NCBI GenBank assembly: GCA_030390025.1
Contig: JASTWF010000033.1
Span: 5,458,001-5,522,000, forward strand
Length of the DNA: 64,000 bases
Reading direction: 5' to 3'
Origin: Squalus acanthias
Taxonomy: Eukaryota
A model generated the notes under the pieces. That model saw nothing but the letters and a program-made list of their open reading frames with translations, was not told the origin of the DNA and made no database searches. The position numbers and the translations under genes are program-made. Below, piece by piece: positions 36,319-46,829 of the stretch (positions within the stretch are counted from its first letter, which is position 1; each line of letters starts with the position of its first letter).

Positions 36319-39140
36319 ACAGAATCATAGAATGGTTACAGCACAGAATGAGGCCATTCGGCCTGTCGCGCCCGTGCCGACTCTCTGCAAGATCACTTCA
36401 GCTAGTCCCACTCCCCCACCCTTTCCCCGGAGTCCTGCAAATGTTTTTCTTTCAGATACTTAACCAACTCTCTTTTGAAAGCCATGATCGAGTCTGCCTC
36501 CACCACCCTTTCAGGCAGTGCATGCCAGATCCTAACCACTCGCTGCGTAAAAAAGTTTTTCCTCATGTCGCCTTTGGTTCTTCTGCCAATCACCTTAAAT
36601 CTGTGTCCTCTGGTTCTCGACCCTTCTGCCAATGGGAACAGTTTACATAAGAACATGAGAAATATGAGCAGGAGTCGGCTATTTGGATCCTCGAGCCTGC
36701 TCCGCCATTCAAGAAGATCATGGCTGATCTTCTACCTCAACTCCACTTTCCTGCACTATCCCCATATCCCTTGATTCCCTTAATATCCAAAAATCTATTG
36801 ATCTCTGTCTTGAATATACTCAACGACTGAGACTCCACCGCCCTCTGGGGTAGAGAATTCCAAAGATTCACCACCCTCTGAGTGAAGAAATTTCTCCTCA
36901 TCTCAGTCCTAAATGGCCGACCCCTTATTCTGAGACTGTGACCCCTCGTTCTAGGCTCCCCAGCCAGGGGAAATATCCTCCCTGCATCTACCCTGTCAAG
37001 CCCTGTAAAAAAAATTGTTTCAATCGATCTACTCTGTCCAGACCCCTTATGATTTTGAACCCCTCTATCTAATCTCCTCAATCTTCTGTGCTCCAAGGAG
37101 AACAATCCGAGTTTCTCCAGTCTATCCACGTAACTGAAGTCTCTCATCCCTTTCTCAACCTGCTCTGCCACCTTCAATGATTTGTGCACATATACCCCGA
37201 GGTCTCTCTGTTCATGCACCCCCTTTAGGATTGTACCCTTTATTTTATATTTCCTTTCTACCAAAATGTATCACTTCGCACTTTTCTGCGTTAAATTTCA
37301 CCTGCCCCGTGTTCGTCCATTCCACCAGCCTGTCTCTGTCCTCTTGAAGTCTATCACTATCCTCCTCACTGTTCACTATACTTCCAAGTTTTGTGTCATC
37401 TGCAAATGTTGAAATTGTGCTCTGTACACCCATGTCCAAGTCATTAATATATATCAAGAAAAGCAGTGGTCCTAGAACCGACCCCTGGAGAACACCACTG
37501 TATACCTTCCCCCAGTCCGAAAAACAAACGTTCACCACTACTCTCTGTTTCCTGTCACTTAGCCAATTTCGTATCCATGCTGCCACTGTTCCTTTTATTC
37601 CATGGGCTTCAACTTTGCTGGCTAGCCTATTATGTGGTACTTTATCAAACGCCTTTTGGAAGTCCATGTACACCACATCAACCACATTACCCTCATCAAC
37701 TGTTTCTGTTACCTCATCAAACAACTCAATCAAGTTAGTTAAACACGATTTGCCTTTGACAAATCCATGCTGGCTTTCCTTAATTAATCCACACTTGTCC
37801 AAGTGACTGTTAATTTTGTCCCGGATTATGATTTCTAAAAGATTCCCCACCATCGAGGTTAAACTGACTGGCCTGTAGTTGCTGGGTTTATCCTTACACC
37901 CTTTTTTGAACAAGGGTGTAACATTTGCAATTCTCCAGTCCTCTGGCACCACCCCCGTATCCAAGTAGGATTGGAAGATTATGGCCAGTACCTCTGCAAT
38001 TTTCACCCTTACCTTCTTCAGCATCCTGGGATGCATCCCATCTGGTCCTGGTGACTTATCTACTTTAAGTACAGTCAGCCTTTCTAGTACCTCCTCTTTA
38101 TCAATTTTTCTCCCATCCAGTATCTCAACTACCTCCTCTTTCACTGTGACTTTGGCAACATCTTCTTCCTTGGTAAAGACAGATGTAAAGTACTCATTTA
38201 GTACCTCACCATGTCATCTGCCTCCATGCATAGGTCTCCTTTTGGTCCCTAATCGGCCCCACCCCTCCTCTTACTACCCGTTTATTATTTCTACGCTATA
38301 GAAGACTTTAAGATTGCCTTTTATGTTAGCTGCCAGTCCATTCTCATACTCTCTCTGCCCCTCTTATTTCCTTTTTCACTTCCCCTCTGAACATTCTATA
38401 TTCAGCCTGGTTCTTGCTTGTATTCTCAATCTGACATCTGTCATACTCCCCCTTTTTCTGCTTCATCTTACTCCCTATCTCTTTCCTCATCCAGGGAGCT
38501 GTGTCTTTGATTGCCCTCCCTTTCCCCCTGGTGGGAATGTACATCGAGTGGACCCGAACCATCTCTTTAAAGGCAGCCCATTGTTCCAGCACAGTTTGAC
38601 CTGCCAATCTTTGATTCCAATTTACCCGGGACAGATCCCTTCTCAACCCACTGAAACTGGCCCTCCTCCAATTCAGGATTTCTACTCCAGATTGCTCCTT
38701 GTGCTTTTCCATAGCTCATCTAAACCTTATGATACTATGATCACTCTTCCCTAAATGTTCCCCTCCTGACACTTGCTCCACTTGACCCACCTCATTCTCC
38801 AGAACCAGATCCAGCAATGCCTTGTTCCTCATTGGGCCGGAAACGTACTGATCAAGAAAGTTCTCCTGAACACACTTCAGAAATTCTTCCCCCATTCTGC
38901 CCTTTACACTATTACTATCCCAGTCTATATTAGGATAGTTGAAGTCCCCCATTATTACTACACTGTAGTTCTTGCACCTCTCTGTAATTTCCCTGCAAAT
39001 TTGCTCCTCTATATCCTTCCCACTAGTTGGTGGTCTATAGAATACACCTAGTAGTGTAATGGCACGTCTATTGTTTCTTAACTCTAACCGGATAGATTCT
39101 GTCCTTAACCCCTCCAGGACATCCTCTCTCTTATACCTTA
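36319..39140 (-). mobile_element. CR1 LINE ORF2 (APE endonuclease part, RT and 3' tail), degraded, with a nested CR1 at 36646-37010
   Basis: LGVFYRPP, IMGDFNYPNIDW, LLDLVL, LGKSDH (APE); KSPGPDGMHP, NYRPVSLTS, QHGF, DFQKAFDKVPH, FADDTKL (RT). Confidence 0.95.
36646..37010 (-). mobile_element. Nested CR1 3' fragment of a different subfamily
   Basis: Own tail ACATAAGAACATGAGAAATATGAGCAGGAG; GLDRVDAGRIFPLAGE...GIKGYGDSAGKWS*. Confidence 0.85.
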
Positions 39141-39519
39141 TAGAATCATAGGGGGAAAAATTAGGTCGCGCCCCGTTTGGGGCGCAAATATCGTCTGGAC
39201 GCAAATATTAGCGCCTGGCGCTAATTATCGCCACTGACTGGAAACTTCACTTTTACCGCCCTGGGAGGTGAGTGGAGCGCTAAATCAGGCGCTGCACACC
39301 TGTCTTAAGGCGCAAAGGCCGAGCAGTGAGGCGTTAACTCAGCGCGCGAGCGCAGCGCAGGTGCTGCCAGTTAGCGAGGGAACACAGACACACTGGCGCC
39401 AGCCAGTTCTTAAAGCGGGGGGGGGGGGGGGGGGGCAACTTGCTTCCCAGCCACACCCTGCTCATTGCAGCCTTGAATCTCGGCCTGGAGAGACCTGTGA
39501 ATCCATTTTGCTGCCAAGG

Positions 39520-41331
39520 ATGGAGAGGGTGAGAGAACGAGCTCAGCGCTTCACTGAGCGGGCCTTGGATGCTCTGGTTGGCACGGTGGAGCGCAGAAGA
39601 TGTATACTCTTCCCTGAGAGTGGCAGGAGGCCTTTGCCACGCGAGTACAGAAGAGTGTGGAGGGAGGTGGCTCAGAGCGTCTCCTCCAGGAGCATGGTGC
39701 CCAGGACCCATGTTCAATGCCGCAAAAAGTTCAACGACCTCACTCGGGTCGTCAAGGTGAGTGGCTTTTTCTCAATACCTCTCCATCCCTCCATCTCAAC
39801 CTCACTCTATGGCCAGAGGGTCTTAAAACCCCAATGCACAACACTCATCCAACACCTATGGCCCTTTCATGAAACACACACACACATTCCACACTTTGCA
39901 TACAGTAAGGGCTATGGGAGGCACATCAGGCAAGACCATGGCTGTATATTGTAAAGGCTATTCACCTATGGGAGGCACATCAGGCAAGACCATGGCTGTA
40001 TATTTACTCAGATGCTGTCCTTTTTCTTGCAGGCCAAGCTGGCGCATAATAGGAGACAGCAGCAACGGACAGGTGGAGGGCGGCCTCAGCTGCAACCCCT
40101 CAGCGATCTTGAGGAGCGCGTCCACAGGATTGTGGCAAGCCGGGTGATCGGTCCCGTCGCCACTGGAGACGCCGACCCCGTTCTGGACAGCAATGGTAAG
40201 GTCATCACCTTTTTGTCCTCTGTCCTTCCACTTGTCCCTCACAACACCAGCCTTTGACACTTTCAATCCAACTTGCTAACTCGCTGCACTTATTCCTCCC
40301 TTACTGCCACCCTGTCCTCACGCTAAAGCCACTCTTGTACCTCCCTGCTTTCAGATGGTGATTCACCAGCTGAGGAGACGGGCCCTGAAGCTGCCAGTGG
40401 GAGTGAAGCTGCAGCCGAGGAGGAAGAGGAAGCCGGAGCATCAGTGCCACCCTCTCCCGAGGAAGCCCATGCCCACACTGGGAACACGCCTTCCCTGGAG
40501 GGGAGCAGGGGGGAAGGGTCTGATGAGGGTGAAGCTCCAGGACCCAGCGGGCTGCAGCAACGCCATGGGGGTAGGGAAGAACGGGGTCCTTCTCCCCGGA
40601 GGGAGAGTATGCCAGAGACTCCTACTGCAATGGACGCAGAGGAGGAGCGGCTGATCGCAGAAATGAACACCCAGGCGGTGGGCATGCACACTGAGCTCAT
40701 GGGTGCAGTGGGAAGGGTGCCCGAATGCATTGAGTCACTGGCAAGGAGTGTGGAGCACTTCGCTGTAGCACAGGCGGATGCCACACTAATGCTTAATGCT
40801 GCAATTCAGTCACTGACTGCCGTGATCCCATCTCTGACTGCTCTCATGCAGACTCAGATTGAGGCCACGCGAGCACTGACTGCTGCCAACCTCGATGGTT
40901 CGTTCACATGTCCCCGGGGCTCTCACCGCGCCGCAGCAGGCGAGCAATCTGTGCTCCAGCAGATTGCTCCGGATGCTGAAGTACTGCCCCGTGGGAGTGC
41001 CAGTGTGTTGAGCGAGCAGGGAGTTGCTGTCCTCTCTCACGATGACAGCATTCCTGCTGACAACACTGTCACTTCTCCACTGCACTTGCCACCGGCTGTA
41101 GGACAGACTGCTGCCGCCCATGCAGAGTTGGTGCAGTCTGCAGCCGGGCCCTCCAGGCCCAGAACTGGTCGAGGCCGTCCTTCAGGGGCATCTGCAGTGT
41201 CAGGGTCTGACGATCAGCAGCCTTCCACCAGCCTTGCTGCAGCCACTGAGGTCCCATTACGGAGGAGCAGTAGGGTTAGAAGGGGGGAAGTGCGCAAGGG
41301 AAGGAGATCACCCTCGAAGGGCAAAAAGTAG
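39520..41331 (+). CDS. Harbinger Myb/SANT-like DNA-binding protein; exons 39520-39756, 40033-40195, 40355-41331 (458 aa)
   Basis: RFTERALDALV...VWREVAQSV...RTHVQCRKKFNDL trihelix/Myb pattern; GT-AG introns of phase 0 and 1 keep the frame; NRRQQQRTGGG motif; basic C-terminus. Confidence 0.85.
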
Positions 41332-41666
41332 GAGGTGTGACAAAATGCTGGTCATTTTTTTATTAAAGGCCGAGGTTCGTGGTCCAACTTTTGTCTAGTG
41401 TTTTGGACATTATCTCCAGGTTGTGAGAACCAGTTATGTTAATGACTGTTATTTTGTGTTTATTTCTATGAGTTTGTCATGAGGAAATGACACACACAGA
41501 GTTTGTAAAATAAATAAGTTTTTGTATTCAAAATAAATAAGTTTTTGTATTCAAAATATACATGTTTGGTTTTTGGAATCATTGGTGCCTTGGCTGGCTT
41601 AGGGGTTGTGTGCTGGGTTCATTGATGTTGTTAGCAATGGCAGAAGCCATTTCCACAGCAGGGGCC

Positions 41667-42836
41667 CTAGAAGCGGCTTGCTATCAGCCGTTGACGGACG
41701 GCCCTTGCAGTTTCACCATTGTGGGCCGCCCTCTCGCCTTGGTGCTGCTGATGATCATCCTCCTCGTCCTCTTCCTCCACTTCCTCCTCCTCCTCTGGTG
41801 GTGCTCCAAGGCCTGGTGGCATTGGCTGGGTCCTGACGATTGCCATGTTATGCAACATGCAGCACACAACTACGAAGTTGGATACTCGCTCAGGCGAGTA
41901 CTGCAGGGCTCCTCCAGAATGGTCGAGACAGCGGAACTGTTGCTTCAGCACGCCGATTGTGCGCTCAATGATGTTCCTGGTAGCTTGATGGCTCTCATTG
42001 TACCGCAGCTCAGCAGGGGTGTTGGGCGTACGGAGCGGTGTCATCAGCCAGGTGCTCAATGGATACCCCTTGTCCCCGAGAAGCCAACCAACTGGCTGAT
42101 GCGGTGCCTCGAAAAGTTCTGCCACAGTAGTCTGGCGCAGGATGAAAGCATCGTGGCAGCTGCCAGGATAGTGGGCATTGACAGCGAGTATCAGCTGTCT
42201 GTGGTCACAGACCAACTGAACATTCAAGGAATGGAACCCCTTTCTGTTCCGGAATTCCTCGGCATTCTCATGTGGAGCACGCAAAGCCACATGCATGCAG
42301 TCAATGGCGCCCTGCACCATGGGGAAGCCCGCTATCCTCGCAAAGCCCAGAGCGCGGTCAAGCTGCTTGTCTGGGGTCATGGGGAAAGAGATGAACTCTC
42401 GTCTCCTTTTAAAGAGGGCATTTGTGACCTGCCGGATGCAGCAATGCACCACGAACTGGGAGATATTGGCGAGGTCCCCAGCAGCAGCTTGAAATGAACC
42501 AGTAGCATAGAAGTTGAGAGCCACTGTGACCTTCACTGCCACCGACAGAGACGTCCTGGACCTCAGTTGAGGCTGCAGATCTGGCTGCAGCAGGTGGCAG
42601 AGCTCAGTGACCACCTCCTTGCTGAATCGCAGCCTTCGCAAACACAGCTCCTCAGACATATGAATGTAGGAGAGCTGTTCACGATATACCCTGGGAGGGT
42701 AAGCTCTCCTGTACATACGCCTGTTGGCCCTCCTCCGTCTGGCCATCATTGCCACTCTCTCTCTGCGTCTCTGTGTCCTCCGATTCAGCTGGAGCAGGAC
42801 GACGCCCCCAATCCGTGCAGCCCCCATAGTCTTCAT
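41667..42836 (-). CDS. Harbinger DDE transposase (HARBI1-like, DDE_Tnp_4 family), 389 aa
   Basis: LRFSKE, ALNFYATGSFQ, GAIDCMHV (D), NRKGFHSLNVQLVCD, YPGSCHD, LLGDKGYP (D), RNIIERTIGVLK (E), CCMLHN; no stops. Confidence 0.93.
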   Translation of the reverse strand: MKTMGAARIGGVVLLQLNRRTQRRRERVAMMARRRRANRRMYRRAYPPRVYREQLSYIHMSEELCLRRLRFSKEVVTELCHLLQPDLQPQLRSRTSLSVAVKVTVALNFYATGSFQAAAGDLANISQFVVHCCIRQVTNALFKRRREFISFPMTPDKQLDRALGFARIAGFPMVQGAIDCMHVALRAPHENAEEFRNRKGFHSLNVQLVCDHRQLILAVNAHYPGSCHDAFILRQTTVAELFEAPHQPVGWLLGDKGYPLSTWLMTPLRTPNTPAELRYNESHQATRNIIERTIGVLKQQFRCLDHSGGALQYSPERVSNFVVVCCMLHNMAIVRTQPMPPGLGAPPEEEEEVEEEDEEDDHQQHQGERAAHNGETARAVRQRLIASRF

Positions 42837-43090
42837 ATAAATTGACCCTTAGTGTTAGGGGGGATTAAATATGTGGGGTTATGGGGATAGGATGGGATAT
42901 GTTAGGGGGAATTAAATACGTGGGGTTACGGGGGTAGGGTGGGATATGTGTACTGTGGGGATTAAAGCAGGGACAGGGTACTGGATTTGGATGATCAGCC
43001 ATGATCGTATTGAATGGCGGAGCAGGCTCGACGGGCCGAATGGCCTACTCCTGCTCCTAGATTCTATGTTTCTATGTTTCTATGTTTCTC
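42837..43090 (+). mobile_element. 5'-truncated HE1-like SINE with CR1-derived tail, inserted in the Harbinger
   Basis: TAAATTGACCCTTAGTG...AAATACGTGGGGTTACGGG body, then AAAGCAGGGACAGGGTACTG...GGCCGAATGGCCTACTCCTGCTCC and (TTCTATGT)n tail matching 36158-36270. Confidence 0.6.
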
Positions 43091-43600
43091 TTTGCAAGCA
43101 AAGTTATGAAGGACAGCAACCAAAGTAGCAGCGAAGTTAGGATCAGTAGGCAAAACTACCTCACAAAGCGTTGACTCAATGCAGAAGTCTCTCTTTCTCT
43201 CTCTCCGAATCTCTCTCTCTCTCTCAGAACGAGTGGTGCAAAAATGTCAACCACAGAAAAAGACAGGAAGAGGACCCCTTTAAATAGCGCCCCCCCCCCA
43301 GCCCCACAGCGTTTGATAGCATTCCAGTCTTCCGGTCGTTGGATGCGCCAGGCGGTAAGGCAGGGGGCGCCACTCAATTTCCGCTCCGGGGCGCCACAAG
43401 GGCGTTGCACCATGGAATGACGTCACAATCTGCGCGCGCAGGTGGTCGCAGCGGTAAGGTTTAGCGCCGCTGCACAATGTCTAGTTAAGTTCCCGAGCGG
43501 CGCAAACATCGCTGCGCCCGGGCGCTAGCGGCTTTGCGCTCCATTAGCGCCCTCTTAAGGCGCTAACGGGAGGCGCAACCAACTGAATTTTTCCCCCATA

Positions 43601-44423
43601 GAGTCATAACGGCACAGAATGAGGTCATTCGGCCCATCGAGTCCGTGCCGGCTCTCTGCAGAGCAATCCAGTCAGTCCCATTCCCCCGCTCTATCCCCGT
43701 AACCCTGCAAGTTTATTTCCCTCAAGTGCCTATCCAGTCTCCCCTTGAAAACATTGAGTGTCTCCGTTTCCACCACTTCCCCCTTTAGGATTGTACCCTT
43801 TATTTTATATTTCCTCTCAGTCTTTCTACGAAAATGTATCACTTCACACTTTTCTGCGTTAAATTTCATCTGCCACGTGTCCGCCCATTCCACCAGCCTG
43901 TCTATGTCCTCTTGAAGTCTATCGCTCTCCTCACTGTTCACTATACTTCCAAGTTTTGTGTCATCTGCAAATTTTGAAATAGTGCCCTGTACACCCAAGT
44001 CCAAGTCATTAATATATATCAAGAAAAGCAGTGGTCCACGTACCGAGCCCTGGGGAACATCGCTGCGTACCTTCCTCCAGCCCGTTAAAGTGAGGCCCTG
44101 TCTGCTCTCTGAGGTGGATGTAAAAGATCCCAAGGCACTATTTCGATGAAGAGTAGGGGAGTTATTCCCCCGTGTCCTGGCCAATATTTATCCCTCAATC
44201 AACATAACAAACACAGATTATCTGGTCATTATCACATTGCTGTTTCTGGGAGCTTGCTGTGCGCAAATCGGCTGCCGCGTTTCCCACATTACATCAGTGA
44301 CTACACTCCAAAAGTACTTCATTGGCTGTGGTGGTGAAAGGCGCTATATAAATGCAAGTCTTTCTTTCTCAGCCAATTTCACACCCATGCTGACCCTTTT
44401 ATTCCATGGACTCCAACGTTGCT
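43601..44423 (-). mobile_element. CR1 LINE fragment with an internal deletion; its tail microsatellite is the Harbinger target
   Basis: VPQGSVRGPLLFLIYINDLD...FADDTKLG joined directly to VVETETLNVFKGRLD; tail (ATAGARTC)n continues at 39140-39150. Confidence 0.88.
44083..44368 (+). mobile_element. DeuSINE (SacSINE1/AmnSINE1-related) fragment with L2-type tail
   Basis: GTAAAAGATCCCAAGGCACTATTTCG..GAAGAGTAGGGGAGTT..GTGTCCTGGCCAATATT..TTGCTGTGCGCAAATCGGCTGCCGCGTTTCC resembles the Deu domain; ends AAAGGCGCTATATAAATGCAAGTCTTT. Confidence 0.75.
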
Positions 44424-44574
44424 TTGATTGCTCAGGACCTGAATATCAGCGGCCTTTGCACAGGGAAGCAGAGAGCAGCGATGGCAGGGCGGACAGAGCG
44501 CCCGGTGTTGGGTGTGTGCAGGCGGATTGAGCGACCGCCGGCCCTGGCGAGACAATCCGGGAAAGGAGGAAAAG

Positions 44575-45060
44575 GAGACCAGCGCGCAGGCGCAGCGCCG
44601 CCTGTTGGGGAGGAGGAATCCAGCGCGCAGGCGCAGCGCCGCCTGTTGGGGGAGGAATCCAGCGCGCAGGCGCAGCGCAGCCTGTGGGGGAGGAATCCAG
44701 CGCGCAGGCGCAGCGCCGCCTGTGGGTGGAGCATGCGCAGTGTCACTGTGATCAAGGCCGGTCGAGAACTCGAGGCGGTGAGAAACGGAGAAGAGGTTTT
44801 TGCGCCGATTACGTATCAGCGGGGCGCAGAGAGGTAACACACACGGCGGGTGGGCTTCATAAACATCTAGTGTGGGCCGTAAGCCCCGAATGAGAACCTA
44901 CAGGTTCCGCGTTTGCAGCTCCGGGGCTTTTTCCCCGGGAACAGGCCCAGATTAACGGTAGCCATCTTTGTAAAGGACAATGGGGGTCTTTATTTGTCGC
45001 CATCTTGATTATCGCGGCCATCTTTGTAAAGGGGACAATAGTGGGCGGGGCTTCACGGTC
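44575..45060 (+). promoter_or_regulatory. CpG-island promoter of ZNF-D with tandem NRF1-like motifs
   Basis: Four copies of CCAGCGCGCAGGCGCAGCGC; GAGCATGCGCA; three GCCATCTT (YY1); GTGGGCGGGG. Confidence 0.72.
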
Positions 45061-45579
45061 CCAGTCAGTGATCTGAACCCAGCCTGAGTCAGCACCTTCA
45101 GGGGAGGAGAGGGAGGGGAACCAGTGAGTGTAGAACTGAACCCAGCCAGAGTCAGCACCTTCAGGGGAGGAGAGGGAGGGGAACCAGTCAGTGTAGAACT
45201 GAACCCAGCCAGAGTCAGCACCTTCAGGGGAGGAGAGGGAGGGGAACCAGTGAGTGAACTGAACCCAGCCAGAGTCAGCACCTTCAGGGGAGGAGAGGGA
45301 GGGGAACCAGTGAGTGTAGAACTGAACCCAGCCAGAGTCAGCACCTTCAGGGGAGGAGAACCAGTGAGTGTAGAACTGAACCCAGCCAGAGTCAGCACCT
45401 TCAGGGGAGGAGAGGGAGGGGAACCAGTGATTGTAGAACTGAACCCAGCCAGAGTCAGCACCTTCAGGGAGGAGAGGGAGGGGAACCAGTGAGTGTAGAA
45501 CTGAACCCAGCCAGAGTCAGCACCTTCAGGGGAGGAGAGGGAGGGGAACCAGTGAGTGTAGAACTGAACCCAGCCAGAG
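45061..45579 (+). repeat. 63-bp minisatellite (about 8 copies) in the 5' region of ZNF-D
   Basis: Same unit as 24305-25215, opposite strand. Confidence 0.95.
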
Positions 45580-46154
45580 TTGGTGGTGAAAACAGTGAGA
45601 TTAGGAAAAACTGTCTTGAGACGTGCGATTTGTTTGGATTTTAGCACAGGGAGGAGGGAGAATGTGTGGGACGGGGATTTACAGCTTTGGGGGAACAAGA
45701 GAGGAAATAATGTTCCATAGAAACTAGAATTGTCTGTTCTGAATTTCTGTCCTGTACTTACAGTGATGAGTTTTGTAAACTATTTTTACAGGGTATTAGA
45801 AGGGGAGGATTTGCAGACAGGAATCTCGAACTAAACATCACGTCAAGATCTGACGGAGTCACTCGATTCATCAGGACCTGAATATCATCGGCCTTTGAAT
45901 GTGGAAGGAGAAATGTTTGTCTGTTTTGTCTGTGGGAAAAGATTTCAAGCATCAGTGTGACTGAAAAAGCACCGAGACACACACACCCGAGTGAGAGTGT
46001 TCCAGTGCACTGACTGTGGAAAGAGCTTTAACCAGTTCCACAGCCTGAAAAAACATCGCACCATTCACAGCGGGGAGAAACCGTACACGTGTTCTGTGTG
46101 TGACGAGGCTTCAACTGATCGTCCAACCTGGAGAGACACGAGGACACCCGCACC

Positions 46155-46829
46155 ACGGAGAAACCAGGGAAATGTGCGGACTTTGGGAAGGGATTCAATT
46201 CCCCATCTGAGCTGGAAATGCATCATCGCACTCACATCGGGGAGAGGCCGTTCACCTGCTTTGAATGTGGGAAGGGATTCACTCAGTCATACAATCTGCT
46301 GACACACCAGCAAATTCACACTGGGGAGAGGCCGTTCATCTGCTCCGAGTGTGGGAAGCGATTCACTCGGTCATTCAACCTGCGGACACACCAGCGAGTT
46401 CACACTGGGGAGAGACCGTTCACCTGCTCCGGGTGTGGGAAGGGATTCACTCGGTCATCCGACCTGCTGAGACACCAGCGGGTTCACACTGGGGAGAGGC
46501 CGTTCACATGCTCCATGTGTGGGAAGGGATTCACTTGTTCATCTGAGGTTGTAACTCACCAGCGAGTTCACACTGGGGAGAGACCGTTCACCTGCTCCGT
46601 TTGTGGGAAGGGATTCACTCAGTCATCCCACCTGCTGAAACACCAGCGAGTTCACACTGGGGAGAGACCGTTCACCTGCTCTGAGTGTGGGAAGGGATTC
46701 ATTCAGTCATCCCACCTGCTGAAACACCAGCGAGTTCACTCTGGGGAGACACCGTTCACCTGCTCTGAGTGTGGGAAGGGATTCATTCAGTCATCCGACC
46801 TGCTGACACACCAGCGAGTTCACAAGTGA
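46155..46829 (+). CDS. ZNF-D: tandem C2H2 protein, 7 intact fingers from ATG 46218; upstream in-frame ACG at 46155 adds one degenerate finger
   Basis: Acceptor TTTTTACAG at 45791; TGERPF linkers; ends HQRVHK*; fossil fingers upstream. Confidence 0.75.
   Translation, partial: TEKPGKCADFGKGFNSPSELEMHHRTHIGERPFTCFECGKGFTQSYNLLTHQQIHTGERPFICSECGKRFTRSFNLRTHQRVHTGERPFTCSGCGKGFTRSSDLLRHQRVHTGERPFTCSMCGKGFTCSSEVVTHQRVHTGERPFTCSVCGKGFTQSSHLLKHQRVHTGERPFTCSECGKGFIQSSHLLKHQRVHSGETPFTCSECGKGFIQSSDLLTHQRVHK

Larger units (their letters stand above)
39151..43597. mobile_element. Full-length PIF/Harbinger DNA transposon
   Basis: TIR GGGGGAAAAATT...AATTTTTCCCCC; 3-bp duplication ATA (39148-39150, 43598-43600); convergent Myb/SANT and DDE genes. 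Confidence 0.93.
35501..44560 (+). pseudogene. ZNF-E fossil: coding-exon start split into three pieces (35501-35539, 36277-36318, about 44425-44560) by nested TEs
   Basis: Acceptor TTTACAG|GGTGTTAG; the pieces align colinearly with the exon starts of ZNF-A/C/D (CAAACATCA..TCAAGATCTGACAGAGT; TCAGGACCTGAATATCA.CGGCCTTTG; GGAAGCAGA.AGCA). Confidence 0.75.

Noticed and set aside
41562..42497. 311-aa + strand ORF
   Set aside because: Antisense shadow of the transposase
41667..42836. Assignment as the domesticated host gene HARBI1
   Set aside because: Flanked by TIRs and a TSD, paired with a Myb gene and inserted in a LINE tail, so it is a transposon copy
45958..45963. Programmed read-through or selenocysteine at TGA-CTG in the ZNF-B/D leader
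   Set aside because: Simply explained by CGA to TGA deamination; a further frameshift and stop would also need bypassing; no SECIS recognised
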